From NCBI GenBank assembly GCA_965216635.1, contig OZ244188.1, forward strand, positions 384,001-448,000: DNA of 64,000 bases. The letters are read 5' to 3'. Shown here piece after piece: positions 39,592-49,433 of the stretch. Source of the stretch: a bacterium (GTDB taxonomy: Bacteria; SAR324; XYD2-FULL-50-16; G965216635). The notes under the pieces were generated by a model. The model made no database searches, had not been told where the DNA came from, and saw only the letters and a program-made list of their open reading frames with translations. The position numbers and the translations under genes were made by a program. Positions within the stretch are counted from its first letter, which is position 1. Every line of letters starts with the position of its first letter.

Positions 39592-40552
39592 GGAATTATC
39601 TGATATTTTTCTTGTTCCTAAAAAAGAAATTTTTCAATGGATTAAAACTTCTCCTTATAGATATAAAGAGTATCGTATTAAAAAAAGAAATGGAACAGAT
39701 ACCAGAACTATTGCACAACCAACAAAAAACACTAAATTACTACAGCACAGTGTAATAAAAAATCAATTATCAAACTTACCTGTTCACGATTGCGTGATGG
39801 CTTATAAAAAAGGCATAGGCATCAAAGACAATGCTGAAATACACAAAAAAAACCAGTATTTACTGAAAATGGATTTTAAAGATTTTTTTCATTCTATCAA
39901 GCCAGATGATTTGATTGAACATGTAGAAAAACATAAAAAAAAACTAAATATAAAAAAATTAAGCGAAGAGGATATTTTTGTATTAAGACATCTTTTTTTT
40001 TGGAGAGAAAAAAACACAACAGAATCTAAAATGAGTATAGGAGCTCCATCTTCTCCTTTTTTGTCTAATACGATTCTTTACGAGTTTGATACAAAGCTTA
40101 GTGAATTAGCAAAAAAAGAAAATGTAACCTACACAAGATACGCTGATGATTTGACTTTGACAGCTAACAAAAGAGATATTCTTTATTCCTTCCCCGATAA
40201 AATAAAAAACCTTCTTGCAACAATTGAATACCCAAAAATAACTATAAACAAAGAAAAAACAGTTTATTCTTCAAAAAAACATAATAGGCATATTACTGGT
40301 TTAGTTATCACTAATGATGAAAAAATATCATTAGGCAGAGAGAAAAAGAGAAAAATAAAATCTCTTGTATATGAATTTTCTCAAAAAAAATTAAATAATG
40401 AAAAAATTAATCAATTAAAAGGGTGGCTTTCTTTTGCTAAAGATGTTGAGCCTACATTTTATGAAACACTTGAAAATAAATATACGGGAGTAATTATTAC
40501 TAGAATTAAGAAATATAAAATAAAACCTAACCCCACTCCATCACAGGATTAA
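39578..40552 (+). CDS. Retron reverse transcriptase
   Basis: NAEIH (region X), DFKDFF, GAPSSP, YADD and ITGL (region Y). Confidence 0.95.
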   Translation: MEIVKELSDIFLVPKKEIFQWIKTSPYRYKEYRIKKRNGTDTRTIAQPTKNTKLLQHSVIKNQLSNLPVHDCVMAYKKGIGIKDNAEIHKKNQYLLKMDFKDFFHSIKPDDLIEHVEKHKKKLNIKKLSEEDIFVLRHLFFWREKNTTESKMSIGAPSSPFLSNTILYEFDTKLSELAKKENVTYTRYADDLTLTANKRDILYSFPDKIKNLLATIEYPKITINKEKTVYSSKKHNRHITGLVITNDEKISLGREKKRKIKSLVYEFSQKKLNNEKINQLKGWLSFAKDVEPTFYETLENKYTGVIITRIKKYKIKPNPTPSQD

Positions 40553-40599
40553 AAAAATCCTCCGACTTACCTCCCATTTTTCCATAACATTCTCCCTTG
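40529..40599. repeat. 71-bp direct repeat, copy 1
   Basis: Matches 43077-43147 with 4 mismatches. Confidence 0.9.
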
Positions 40600-40692
40600 A
40601 AAGATCAGGCTAGTTTTTTAAAGTAAAATTTGTTATTAGGTAGTAGAAACTCATACCTACAAAAATTTTAGAAATTAAAATTTCCTAAAAAT

Positions 40693-41892
40693 ATGACTAA
40701 TCAAATGCCTAGAGAAAAATTACTCACCAACCCTATTACTAATCAACTGCCTAGAGAAAAATTGCTCACCAATCCTATTACTAATCAACTGCCTAGAGAA
40801 AAATTGCTCACCAATCCTATTACTAATATAGATACTGCTGACCTTCTGTCTATTATCCTTGGCACTGGAAGTAGAAATAATAAAATAAATGAACTTAGCA
40901 AAGAACTGCTAGATTTTTTGAGAAACAATCTCAATAAAAAAATAACAGTAGATAATTTATTGAAGTTTCAAGGAATTGGGAAAAGTAAGGCTTTACAGAT
41001 AATTTCTGCTCTTGAACTTGGAAAAAGATTTAAAAATTCTAAAGAAAAACTGCAAGTTTATAATGCTGGAATAGGTCAATTCATACTAGGTGATTGTTTA
41101 GAAAGTATGAAGACTATGGCTGATAATAGCGTAGTTTTGGGTTTTACTTCTCCTCCTTATCACAATGCAGTCAATTATGGTGAACATATTAAAAAATTAA
41201 AAGGTGAAGTTCAATATTGGGAAAGAAAAGAACTCTCCTATGAGTTTTATAAAACTTTTCTTATAGATAGATTCAAAGAATTATATCGTCTTATAAGGTC
41301 TGGCGGGCATTGTGTTGTAAATATTTCTCCTGTGGCGTGGGAAGGGAAACGGGTTGCTTTACCTTTTCATTTTGTGGGTTGGATGGAAGAAATTGGCTGG
41401 AGATTTAAAGAAGATATTATTTGGCAAAAAGAAATAGTAAGAGATAAAAGAAGTGGAGTTTTGATGCAACACCCTTACCCTGGTTATTATTACCCTAGTT
41501 TATCTGTAGAATATGTTTTTGTATTTCAAAAAACTGCTACAGAAAAAAAGAAAAATAATATTTATTATCACCGTTCTGCACAAGAAAAAGAAAAAAACAA
41601 AATCAACCTAGAAAATTATCAATCTATGAGTAAGAATATTTGGAATATTAGACCAGTAGCCCCGCAAGAAAATATACACCCTTGTCCTTTTCCTGAAGAA
41701 TTAGCAAGACGAGTAATAGAATTTTATTCTTACAAAAAAGATACTGTAATTGATATATTTGCGGGTAGTGGAATTGTGAATATTGCAGCAGAAAAATTAG
41801 AGCGAGTCCATATTGGACTAGAAACAGAAAGAGAATATATTGATTATGGGGTACGCAGTATTAATAAATTAAGCAAAAAAAACAACCAATGA
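40693..41892 (+). CDS. RadC-N/HhH domain fused to a beta-class DNA methyltransferase (SPPY, probably m4C)
   Basis: PREKL x3 (42-bp repeats), LLSIILGTG, GIGKSKA; TSPPY; HPCPFP; DIFAGSG. Confidence 0.85.
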   Translation: MTNQMPREKLLTNPITNQLPREKLLTNPITNQLPREKLLTNPITNIDTADLLSIILGTGSRNNKINELSKELLDFLRNNLNKKITVDNLLKFQGIGKSKALQIISALELGKRFKNSKEKLQVYNAGIGQFILGDCLESMKTMADNSVVLGFTSPPYHNAVNYGEHIKKLKGEVQYWERKELSYEFYKTFLIDRFKELYRLIRSGGHCVVNISPVAWEGKRVALPFHFVGWMEEIGWRFKEDIIWQKEIVRDKRSGVLMQHPYPGYYYPSLSVEYVFVFQKTATEKKKNNIYYHRSAQEKEKNKINLENYQSMSKNIWNIRPVAPQENIHPCPFPEELARRVIEFYSYKKDTVIDIFAGSGIVNIAAEKLERVHIGLETEREYIDYGVRSINKLSKKNNQ

Positions 41893-43040
41893 ATGACTCT
41901 CTTTTTGCTAGTCTTAAAGAAATTGAATACAAAACAAAGATTAAAAAAAATCTAAAAACTTACTCTTTGAAAGAAATGTTGAATAACAATCTTAATTCAA
42001 AAGCTAGTTTTATTTTAGCAACAAACAAAGATGAGTATGCTTTTAGTCAATGGGTTTCTCCTAAACGCACAAGAAGTTTTCCTTATTCTCGGGTTTATGA
42101 CACTTTGATAAAGAAAAACCGTATTACTTTAATTCCTTTTTGCAAAGACGAAGGCGCTGATGGAGATAGAGATTTTATCCAGTGGGATACGATTTCTTTA
42201 ATGAGTCTTTTAAATGTTTATGTGATTATTGGTTACTATAATCTAGCCGAAAAGAATCAAAGAATACTCCAAAAACATAAAAATAAAATCGCGAATCAAG
42301 TCTATGATTATCAGTATGTCAAAAATCAGATAGAGAAATTACAAGATTATCAATCTAGCCCCTTACATTGGAATTTAAAACAAATAGAACTCTTACCTAA
42401 AATAGCACAGTTAACTTTAGAATCTTACCAAAAGATTAGTCAAGAAATAGATGTTCAACTACACGGTGAATACGGGATAAGAAAAAGAATAAAAATTTTA
42501 GAAAAAGATACAAAAATTTTCAAAGATTATTCAAGAGAGTTAGCAAAACAAGCACAGTATAGGGAAAACTTGACTATTCAGCCTAAAGAAAAAATCACAG
42601 TAAATAAGAAAAAAATCATTCTTAAAAATCTTTTAGGTGGCTATTATTTTTTGACCATAGACGAATGTATATTGCAGAAAAACCAAATACTACTTATTGA
42701 GAAAAAGCATAGTGAAAATGATTTAATACCTTCTAGCAATGATATTAAAGATGCTTGTATAAAGATGGTGTTATTTACTAATATTGAAAAATTGGAATAT
42801 CAAGGAAAACAGCAAAATCACCAAGCCCTTGTAGGATTAACTTCAAAAACAATTCAGGGTTATATGCATAGTAAAATGAGTGATGCAGAAATAAATAATT
42901 TTTTTAGAAAAAATAATTTTTCTGTTTCTCAAGAACAAATTTTTATATCTGCAATAGAAGAAGCAAGGTTAAATAAATTCATATTATATACTCTAAATTC
43001 TAATGAAGAAGAAAATCAAGAAAAAATCTTCCCGCAATAA
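41889..43040 (+). CDS. Putative type II restriction endonuclease
   Basis: ATGA-coupled to the methyltransferase; TIDE ... LIEKKH PD-(D/E)xK-like motif. Confidence 0.6.
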   Translation: MNDSLFASLKEIEYKTKIKKNLKTYSLKEMLNNNLNSKASFILATNKDEYAFSQWVSPKRTRSFPYSRVYDTLIKKNRITLIPFCKDEGADGDRDFIQWDTISLMSLLNVYVIIGYYNLAEKNQRILQKHKNKIANQVYDYQYVKNQIEKLQDYQSSPLHWNLKQIELLPKIAQLTLESYQKISQEIDVQLHGEYGIRKRIKILEKDTKIFKDYSRELAKQAQYRENLTIQPKEKITVNKKKIILKNLLGGYYFLTIDECILQKNQILLIEKKHSENDLIPSSNDIKDACIKMVLFTNIEKLEYQGKQQNHQALVGLTSKTIQGYMHSKMSDAEINNFFRKNNFSVSQEQIFISAIEEARLNKFILYTLNSNEEENQEKIFPQ

Positions 43041-43076
43041 TAGAGATAAATGAGAAAAAAATAATTTCAAAAAATC

Positions 43077-43147
43077 AACCCCATTCCATAACAGGATTAA
43101 AAAAATCCTCCGACTTGCCTCCCATTTTTCTATAACATTCTCCCTTG
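43077..43147. repeat. 71-bp direct repeat, copy 2
   Basis: Matches 40529-40599. Confidence 0.9.
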
Positions 43148-43295
43148 TTTTGAATAAGGATTTGGTTTCCTTTGTATTCTATCTAAAAAGCTATATTCTA
43201 AAAAAAATATAATTTATAAAAAATTGATAGAAAAATTTTAAAAAATATAGTAAAAATTTTATTTTAATCTTAAAAATCTTATCTCTTTTAAAATT

Positions 43296-44750
43296 ATGGA
43301 ACTAGAAAAATTTCCTCTTTTCAAAAACAAAGGATGGATAAATGGAAAGTGGGTTTCTGCAGAAAATGGAGAAACTTACGATGTCACTAATCCAGCGGAT
43401 AATTCCTTAGTGGCAAAAATGCCTTCTATGGGAAAAGCAGAAACCTTTGATGCAATCAGAACAGCAGCGGAGGCTTTTATTATCTGGCGTGAGACTCCAG
43501 CAAAACAAAGGGCTACTATTCTTTTAGACTGGTATCATCTGGTGATTAAAAACAAAGATGAACTAGCCAAAATTATGGTGCTAGAACAAGGTAAGCCTTT
43601 AGCAGAAGCGGTTGGAGAAACAGTTTATGCTGCTAATTTTATTCAATGGTTTGCAGAGCAAGCCAAAAGAATTTTTGGTAGTATAATGAGTGATTTTGCA
43701 AAAGATGCGACCTTACAATATACCAAAGAAGCAGTAGGAGTAGTAGGAGTGATTACTCCTTGGAATTTCCCACTTGCTATGATTACTAGAAAAGTTGCTC
43801 CAGCTTTGGCAGCGGGCTGTTCGGTAGTAGTCAAACCTTCCAGAAACACGCCGCTTTGTGCTTTAGCTTTGACAGAATTATCTCATCAGGCTGGCTTGCC
43901 TGCTGGAGTTTTGAATTTAATTACGGGAGAAAAATCAGCAGAAATAGGAGACGCTTTGTGTGAATCCAAACAGGTGCGGAAAATAAGTTTTACAGGTTCC
44001 ACTAGAGTAGGTAAATTATTATTAGAAAAAAGTGCTCAAACAGTCAAAAAAATGTCAATGGAGCTAGGCGGAAACGCAGCCTTTATTGTTTTTGACGATG
44101 CTAATTTAGAAAGATCTATAGATTCTTTAATGGCTTCAAAATTCAGAAATACAGGACAGACTTGCGTTTGTGCAAATCGTATTTTCGTTCAATCAGGTAT
44201 TTACGATTCTTTTGTAGAGGCTCTAAAAGAAAAAGTGATGGCTTTGAAAGTAGGCAGTGGTTTAGAAGAAGGAGTAGGGCAAGGGCCGCTTATCAACGAA
44301 GCAGCTTTTAAAAAAGTAGAAAAGCATGTGCGAAGTGCAGTTTCTCAAGGAGCCGAAGTAGTACTTGGAGGAAAACCACACGAGCTAGGAGGCAGTTTTT
44401 ATCAACCAACGATTCTCAAAAATGTTCAAGGGGATAGTATTTTTAAAGAAGAAGAAACTTTTGGCCCCGTTGCTCCTTTGATCCGTTTTGAAACAGAAGA
44501 AGAAGCCGTGAAAATGGCAAACGATACAGACTACGGTTTGGCGAGTTATTTTTTTACCCAAGATTTTAGAAGAATCCAGCGAGTCAATCGCAAATTAGAA
44601 TCGGGAATTATTTGCATCAACGAAGGAATTTTTTCTAACGAGTTTGGTCCTTTTGGCGGAGTCAAGGAATCGGGAATCGGTAGAGAAGGCTCTGTGCTTG
44701 GCATAGAAGAATATTTGGAAACAAAATATACTCTTATTTCTTATAAATAA
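43296..44750 (+). CDS. gabD: NAD(P)-dependent succinate-semialdehyde dehydrogenase
   Basis: TPWNFPLAMITRK, FTGST, MELGGNA, GQTCVCANR and EETFGP motifs. Confidence 0.92.
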   Translation: MELEKFPLFKNKGWINGKWVSAENGETYDVTNPADNSLVAKMPSMGKAETFDAIRTAAEAFIIWRETPAKQRATILLDWYHLVIKNKDELAKIMVLEQGKPLAEAVGETVYAANFIQWFAEQAKRIFGSIMSDFAKDATLQYTKEAVGVVGVITPWNFPLAMITRKVAPALAAGCSVVVKPSRNTPLCALALTELSHQAGLPAGVLNLITGEKSAEIGDALCESKQVRKISFTGSTRVGKLLLEKSAQTVKKMSMELGGNAAFIVFDDANLERSIDSLMASKFRNTGQTCVCANRIFVQSGIYDSFVEALKEKVMALKVGSGLEEGVGQGPLINEAAFKKVEKHVRSAVSQGAEVVLGGKPHELGGSFYQPTILKNVQGDSIFKEEETFGPVAPLIRFETEEEAVKMANDTDYGLASYFFTQDFRRIQRVNRKLESGIICINEGIFSNEFGPFGGVKESGIGREGSVLGIEEYLETKYTLISYK

Positions 44751-44773
44751 CCTACATTATTTTAGGAGGAATA

Positions 44774-47095
44774 ATGGCAAATGAAAGAAAAACAGAAACA
44801 GTAGTCAGACAGCATTTTAATCAGTTTTTGGAGTTTATTGATTTAGAAGAACAAAAATCAGACAACCCAAAAATTGACAAGTTATTAAAATTAGCTTCTA
44901 AAAAAGGAATTGGAAAAGGTTACCCTGAGTTTATTATCACTTATAAAACAAACCCTGATTTATTGATTGTTGTAGAGTGCAAAGCAGATATAACAAAGCA
45001 CGAAAGCAAAGAACAGGATAAATATTCCGATTTTGCTGTAGACGGTGTTTTGCTTTATGCCACTTACCTATCTAAGGGTTTTGATGTTTTGGCTATTGCT
45101 ATCAGTGGAGAAACGCAAAGAGACTTAAAAGTTTCCCATTTCTTACATTTAAAAGAAGAGAAAAAAGCAATCCCTTTTCTTGGAGATAAACTTTTAACCG
45201 CTAAAGATTATTTAAACGGATACCTAAAAAGCCCAGAAAAATTTAGACAGGATTATAATAAACTTTTAGATTTTACAAAAGATCTTAACGAAAAACTGCA
45301 CAGCTATAAAATTTTAGAAAGCCAGCGTAGTTTGTTGATTAGTTGCATTTTAATTGCTTTAGAAAACGAGGCTTTCCGAAGATCTTACGCCTCCCACGGA
45401 AAACCTGAAAATTTAGCCGATTCACTTGTGCAAACTGTTTCCAACGAACTAGAAACCGCAGATATTACAGGTAAAAAACTTACCAATCTCAACACTCAAT
45501 TTAGTTTTATCAAAACCGATACTTCCTTATCCAAGGAAGATAGAATTCTAAAAGAAATCATTGATGAGATTGATGAGAATATAAATAATTTTATAAAAAC
45601 ACACCAGTATATTGATGTTTTAGGACAGCTTTATATCGAGTTTTTAAGATATGCTAATAGTGATAAAGGGCTCGGCATTGTTTTAACTCCTCCACATATA
45701 ACAGAGTTTTTTGCAGAATTAGCACAGGTCAATAAAAATTCTATTGCTTACGATAATTGCACAGGAACAGGAGGTTTTTTGATTAGTGCAATGAAAAAAA
45801 TGATTGCTGATGCAAGAGGAGATGAAACTAAAATCAGAGAAATAAAACTAAAGCAACTTTTTGGGGTAGAATACCAATCGCATATTTTTGCTCTGGCAAT
45901 TTCCAATATGTATATTCACCAAGACGGAAAAACAAATATTATCAACGGAAGTTGTTTTGATAAAGAAGTTATAGAGCAAATAAAAGCAAAAAATCCCACA
46001 GCTGGTTTTCTTAATCCACCCTATCAATCTAACAAAAAAACGGACACTGATGAATTAGAATTTATTTTAAATAATCTAGAATGTCTAGTAGATGGTGGCA
46101 CTTGTATAGCCATAATACCTATGCAAAAAGCATTATCAGGGTCTGGTAGAATTTTAGAGTTAAAAACGAAGCTTTTAGAAAAACACACCCTAGAGGCAGT
46201 TTTTTCTATGCCAAATGAACTTTTTCATAATTCAAAGGCAAATGTCAGCACCTGTGTTATGATTTTCACTGCTCACAAGCCTCATCCCAAAAATAAAGAA
46301 ACCTATTTTGGCTATTACAAGGATGATGGATTTGTAAAAAGAAAAAATAAAGGAAGAATAGATGCGTATGGAAAATGGGAAAAAAATATAAAAGAAAAAT
46401 GGATTACAAATTTCATTAATAGAAAAAATGAAGCTGGTTTTAGTATCAATAAAGTCGTAACTGCCGAAATGGAATGGTGCACTGAAGCCTATATGGAAAC
46501 GGATTATACTAATTTAAAAGAGGAATATTTTATCAACACACTATTAAACTATGTAACATTTTTACTCAGCAACAGATTGTCAGAACAGGTTTTTAAAACT
46601 TCATTCTCAACAAATAATTTTAATCTAGATGTTTCAAAATGGAAAAGTTTTGAATTAGCAAAATTGTTTCAAATTCAAGGGAGTAAAACTACTGCTTTAT
46701 TAGAATTAGAAGAATACGGAACTGGAAAATATCCTTATGTAACGACGCAAGCAACAAACAACGGGAGCAGAGGATTTTACGATTTTTGCTCAGAAGGTGG
46801 AAATATTTTGACTGTAGATAGTGCGGTGATAGGATATTGTTCTTATCAAGCACTACCTTTTTCTGCGAGTGATCATGTAGAAAAACTTATTCCAAAATTC
46901 AAAATGAATCAATATATTGCAATGTTTTTTGTCACAATTTTAAATTTAGAACAATATAGATACAACTATGGTATAAAATGTAGTCAAACAAGAATGAAAG
47001 AAAAAAGCATAAAACTACCTGCAAAAAATGGACAGCCAGATTTTGACTTTATGGAAAATTACATAAAATCTTTACCTTATTCTTCTAGTTTATAA
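44774..47095 (+). CDS. Fused REase-MTase-specificity protein (type IIG/IIB, BcgI-alpha-like)
   Basis: GYPEF..VVECK nuclease; CTGTGGF; NPPY; C-terminal S-subunit-like domain. Confidence 0.8.
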   Translation: MANERKTETVVRQHFNQFLEFIDLEEQKSDNPKIDKLLKLASKKGIGKGYPEFIITYKTNPDLLIVVECKADITKHESKEQDKYSDFAVDGVLLYATYLSKGFDVLAIAISGETQRDLKVSHFLHLKEEKKAIPFLGDKLLTAKDYLNGYLKSPEKFRQDYNKLLDFTKDLNEKLHSYKILESQRSLLISCILIALENEAFRRSYASHGKPENLADSLVQTVSNELETADITGKKLTNLNTQFSFIKTDTSLSKEDRILKEIIDEIDENINNFIKTHQYIDVLGQLYIEFLRYANSDKGLGIVLTPPHITEFFAELAQVNKNSIAYDNCTGTGGFLISAMKKMIADARGDETKIREIKLKQLFGVEYQSHIFALAISNMYIHQDGKTNIINGSCFDKEVIEQIKAKNPTAGFLNPPYQSNKKTDTDELEFILNNLECLVDGGTCIAIIPMQKALSGSGRILELKTKLLEKHTLEAVFSMPNELFHNSKANVSTCVMIFTAHKPHPKNKETYFGYYKDDGFVKRKNKGRIDAYGKWEKNIKEKWITNFINRKNEAGFSINKVVTAEMEWCTEAYMETDYTNLKEEYFINTLLNYVTFLLSNRLSEQVFKTSFSTNNFNLDVSKWKSFELAKLFQIQGSKTTALLELEEYGTGKYPYVTTQATNNGSRGFYDFCSEGGNILTVDSAVIGYCSYQALPFSASDHVEKLIPKFKMNQYIAMFFVTILNLEQYRYNYGIKCSQTRMKEKSIKLPAKNGQPDFDFMENYIKSLPYSSSL

Positions 47096-47111
47096 TCATA
47101 CTAAAAAAGTA

Positions 47112-48806
47112 GTGTTTCTGCAGAAAGTAGGTAACCCAGGCGCATTTAGGCAGGTTTATTTTTGGCTAGCCACTGCTCTAGCGATTCTTTTTTGGGCTTT
47201 TTTTTTTCTGCTTCCATTTTTTGCTTTTAGTAAAATTTTGGCAGAAACAACTGCGAGCAATAAAATTCTTTATTTTTGGGAGCTCCTCCAAAATAATAAT
47301 TACCTATCTGTTGTTTGGTTCACCTTTAAACAAGCTTTTTTAAGTGCTTTTTTTTCCTTGCTATTAGGAATACCCACGAGTTTTTTATTTGTCCGATTTC
47401 GCTTTCCTTTTCAAAATCAATTTTACTTCTTATTTATTTTTCCTTTTGTGATGCCGACTATTTTAGTGGTTTTGTGTATCATTCAATTTTGGGGTTATCA
47501 AGGCTACCTCAACTTAATCCTAAAAAAAATCTTTTCACTCTTTTTTTTACCCGTTCCAGAATCGCCTTTAAGAGTGCTTTACTCACTCAAAGGAATTATC
47601 ATTGCCCATGTTTTTTTCAATCTACCTGTAGTCTTGCAAATTGTAGGTAGCACTTGGAGTAGAATTTCTCAAAAATATAATAAAGCCGCTAGACTACTGG
47701 GTTGTTCCGAATTAAAGAGTCTGTATAGAATAGATTTACCTATACTATTACCAGCGATTTCATCAGCCTTTATTCTTATATTCATTCTTTGTATGAATAG
47801 CTTTGCGATTGTATGGGTATTGGGGGGAGGCAAGAATCCCATTATTGAAACCTTAATTTATGAGCTAGCTAGAATCCATCTAGATTACGAAGCTGTTTTA
47901 GGATTAGTAGGCTTACAAATTTTTCTGGGATTGGTAGTTGTAGGAATTTTTTATCGCCATTCATCCACTAAAATAATAGCAGAGCCTTTTGCAGGACAAT
48001 CGTTTGTTTCATTTTTTCAAAAAAATAAAATCAAAGGAAGTTTGATTGTTTTTTTTTTTTGTTTTGTAGCGTTCGTGGTATTAGGTCCTCTTGTTTCTTT
48101 AGTAATAGATAGCTTTAGAGTAGCGGATGGTTTTTCTTTACAGTGGTGGATTTTCTTTTTTCAAAAAGGCTGGCAAACGTTACTTCCAGTATTTTGGACT
48201 TCATTACAAATTGCTCTAGGAAGTGCTTGTTTATCTTTTGTGTTGCTACTCTTGGTAGCTCCCGTATTTTATAAATATCCTAGCAAAAGAAAATGGTTAG
48301 AGTTACTATTTTTGACTCCTTTGTCCATCTCTTCTATTACTTTAGGTCTTGGTTGGTTTTTATTTTATCAAGATTTTGCTTATCAATATTTTTGGGCAGA
48401 GAAAAAAATTGCTCTCGTATTTTATGCAATATGTATCCACAGTATTATATTTTTTCCTTACTGGTTAAGGTTGCTTTTGCCTAGCTTAGAATTGATTCCT
48501 AAAAACTGGTTTATGCTCAAAAGGTTGCACGCCTATCCACCTTTTTTATTCGCTTGGAAAGTGCTATTGCCTTGGATAAAAAAGCCTTTCTGTCGTACCT
48601 TTCTTTTAGTGCTAGCTCTCTCTTTTGGGGAATTAAATATTTTACTACTCATCGCAGATACAGATTTTAAAACTCTAACTACAGAAATATTTTCAGCGAT
48701 AGCGGCTTATAGATTTTCTTACGCTTCTTTAATAGGAGTGCTGTTTATGTTTTTTTTCTTTGTTTTAGGTTTCCTGATTCATTTACTAGGGAGACGGGTT
48801 GACTAG
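47112..48806 (+). CDS. ABC transporter permease (thiamine/iron, ThiP-like)
   Basis: FTFKQAFLS, PFVMPT, AHVFFNLP and LSFGE motifs. Confidence 0.75.
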   Translation: MFLQKVGNPGAFRQVYFWLATALAILFWAFFFLLPFFAFSKILAETTASNKILYFWELLQNNNYLSVVWFTFKQAFLSAFFSLLLGIPTSFLFVRFRFPFQNQFYFLFIFPFVMPTILVVLCIIQFWGYQGYLNLILKKIFSLFFLPVPESPLRVLYSLKGIIIAHVFFNLPVVLQIVGSTWSRISQKYNKAARLLGCSELKSLYRIDLPILLPAISSAFILIFILCMNSFAIVWVLGGGKNPIIETLIYELARIHLDYEAVLGLVGLQIFLGLVVVGIFYRHSSTKIIAEPFAGQSFVSFFQKNKIKGSLIVFFFCFVAFVVLGPLVSLVIDSFRVADGFSLQWWIFFFQKGWQTLLPVFWTSLQIALGSACLSFVLLLLVAPVFYKYPSKRKWLELLFLTPLSISSITLGLGWFLFYQDFAYQYFWAEKKIALVFYAICIHSIIFFPYWLRLLLPSLELIPKNWFMLKRLHAYPPFLFAWKVLLPWIKKPFCRTFLLVLALSFGELNILLLIADTDFKTLTTEIFSAIAAYRFSYASLIGVLFMFFFFVLGFLIHLLGRRVD

Positions 48807-48846
48807 CTGTGGTTTTATGGTGGCTAAGCTATGTTTGCTTAAAATT

Positions 48847-49425
48847 CTATTTTAGGGCGGTTGCAATACCCTGCAATAAATCTTCTTTCGTTTGTGTCTC
48901 TTTAATGGAATAGGGAAGTATTTCGTGGTTTAATTCTTTTTTTAGTTTTTCTAAACTAGTTTTTTGTTTGTTTTTGCTGAGACAATCGGCTTTAGTGGCA
49001 ACGATGCAATAGGTTGCAGTGCCGTGCTGTATGGTTTTGTGGTAGTAGAAATCCAGCTCTGATGGAGAATGTCTTATGTCTAACAAATGCACAACAAGTT
49101 TTAAATTTTCTAGTCTGCTTAGAAGAATTTTAAATTGGTTTTCCCATTCTTTTTTTATTTTTTGCGGCACCTTTGCAAAACCATAGCCCGGTGCATCTAT
49201 AATAAAAAAAGATTTGTTAATTAAAAAAAAATTAAAAAAGGTTGTTTTACCTGGGCTAGAGCTAGTTTTCACTAATTTTTTTTTACCTACTAAACTGTTG
49301 ATTAAACTAGATTTACCTACATTAGACCTGCCAAAAAACACAACCTGTGGTAGGTTGAATTTCTTAACTGGAAGTTTTTTTAAGTCGGGAATACTCTGGA
49401 TGAATTCTGTAGAGGTTATTTTCAT
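48847..49425 (-). CDS. engB: Ribosome biogenesis GTPase YihA/EngB
   Basis: GRSNVGKSS, DAPGYG and TKAD motifs. Confidence 0.93.
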   Translation of the reverse strand: MKITSTEFIQSIPDLKKLPVKKFNLPQVVFFGRSNVGKSSLINSLVGKKKLVKTSSSPGKTTFFNFFLINKSFFIIDAPGYGFAKVPQKIKKEWENQFKILLSRLENLKLVVHLLDIRHSPSELDFYYHKTIQHGTATYCIVATKADCLSKNKQKTSLEKLKKELNHEILPYSIKETQTKEDLLQGIATALK

Positions 49426-49433
49426 ATTGCCAG

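Noticed and set aside
40529..43147. 71-bp repeats as integron attC sites
   Set aside because: No RYYYAAC/GTTRRRY boxes, no extended palindrome and no integrase in the window.
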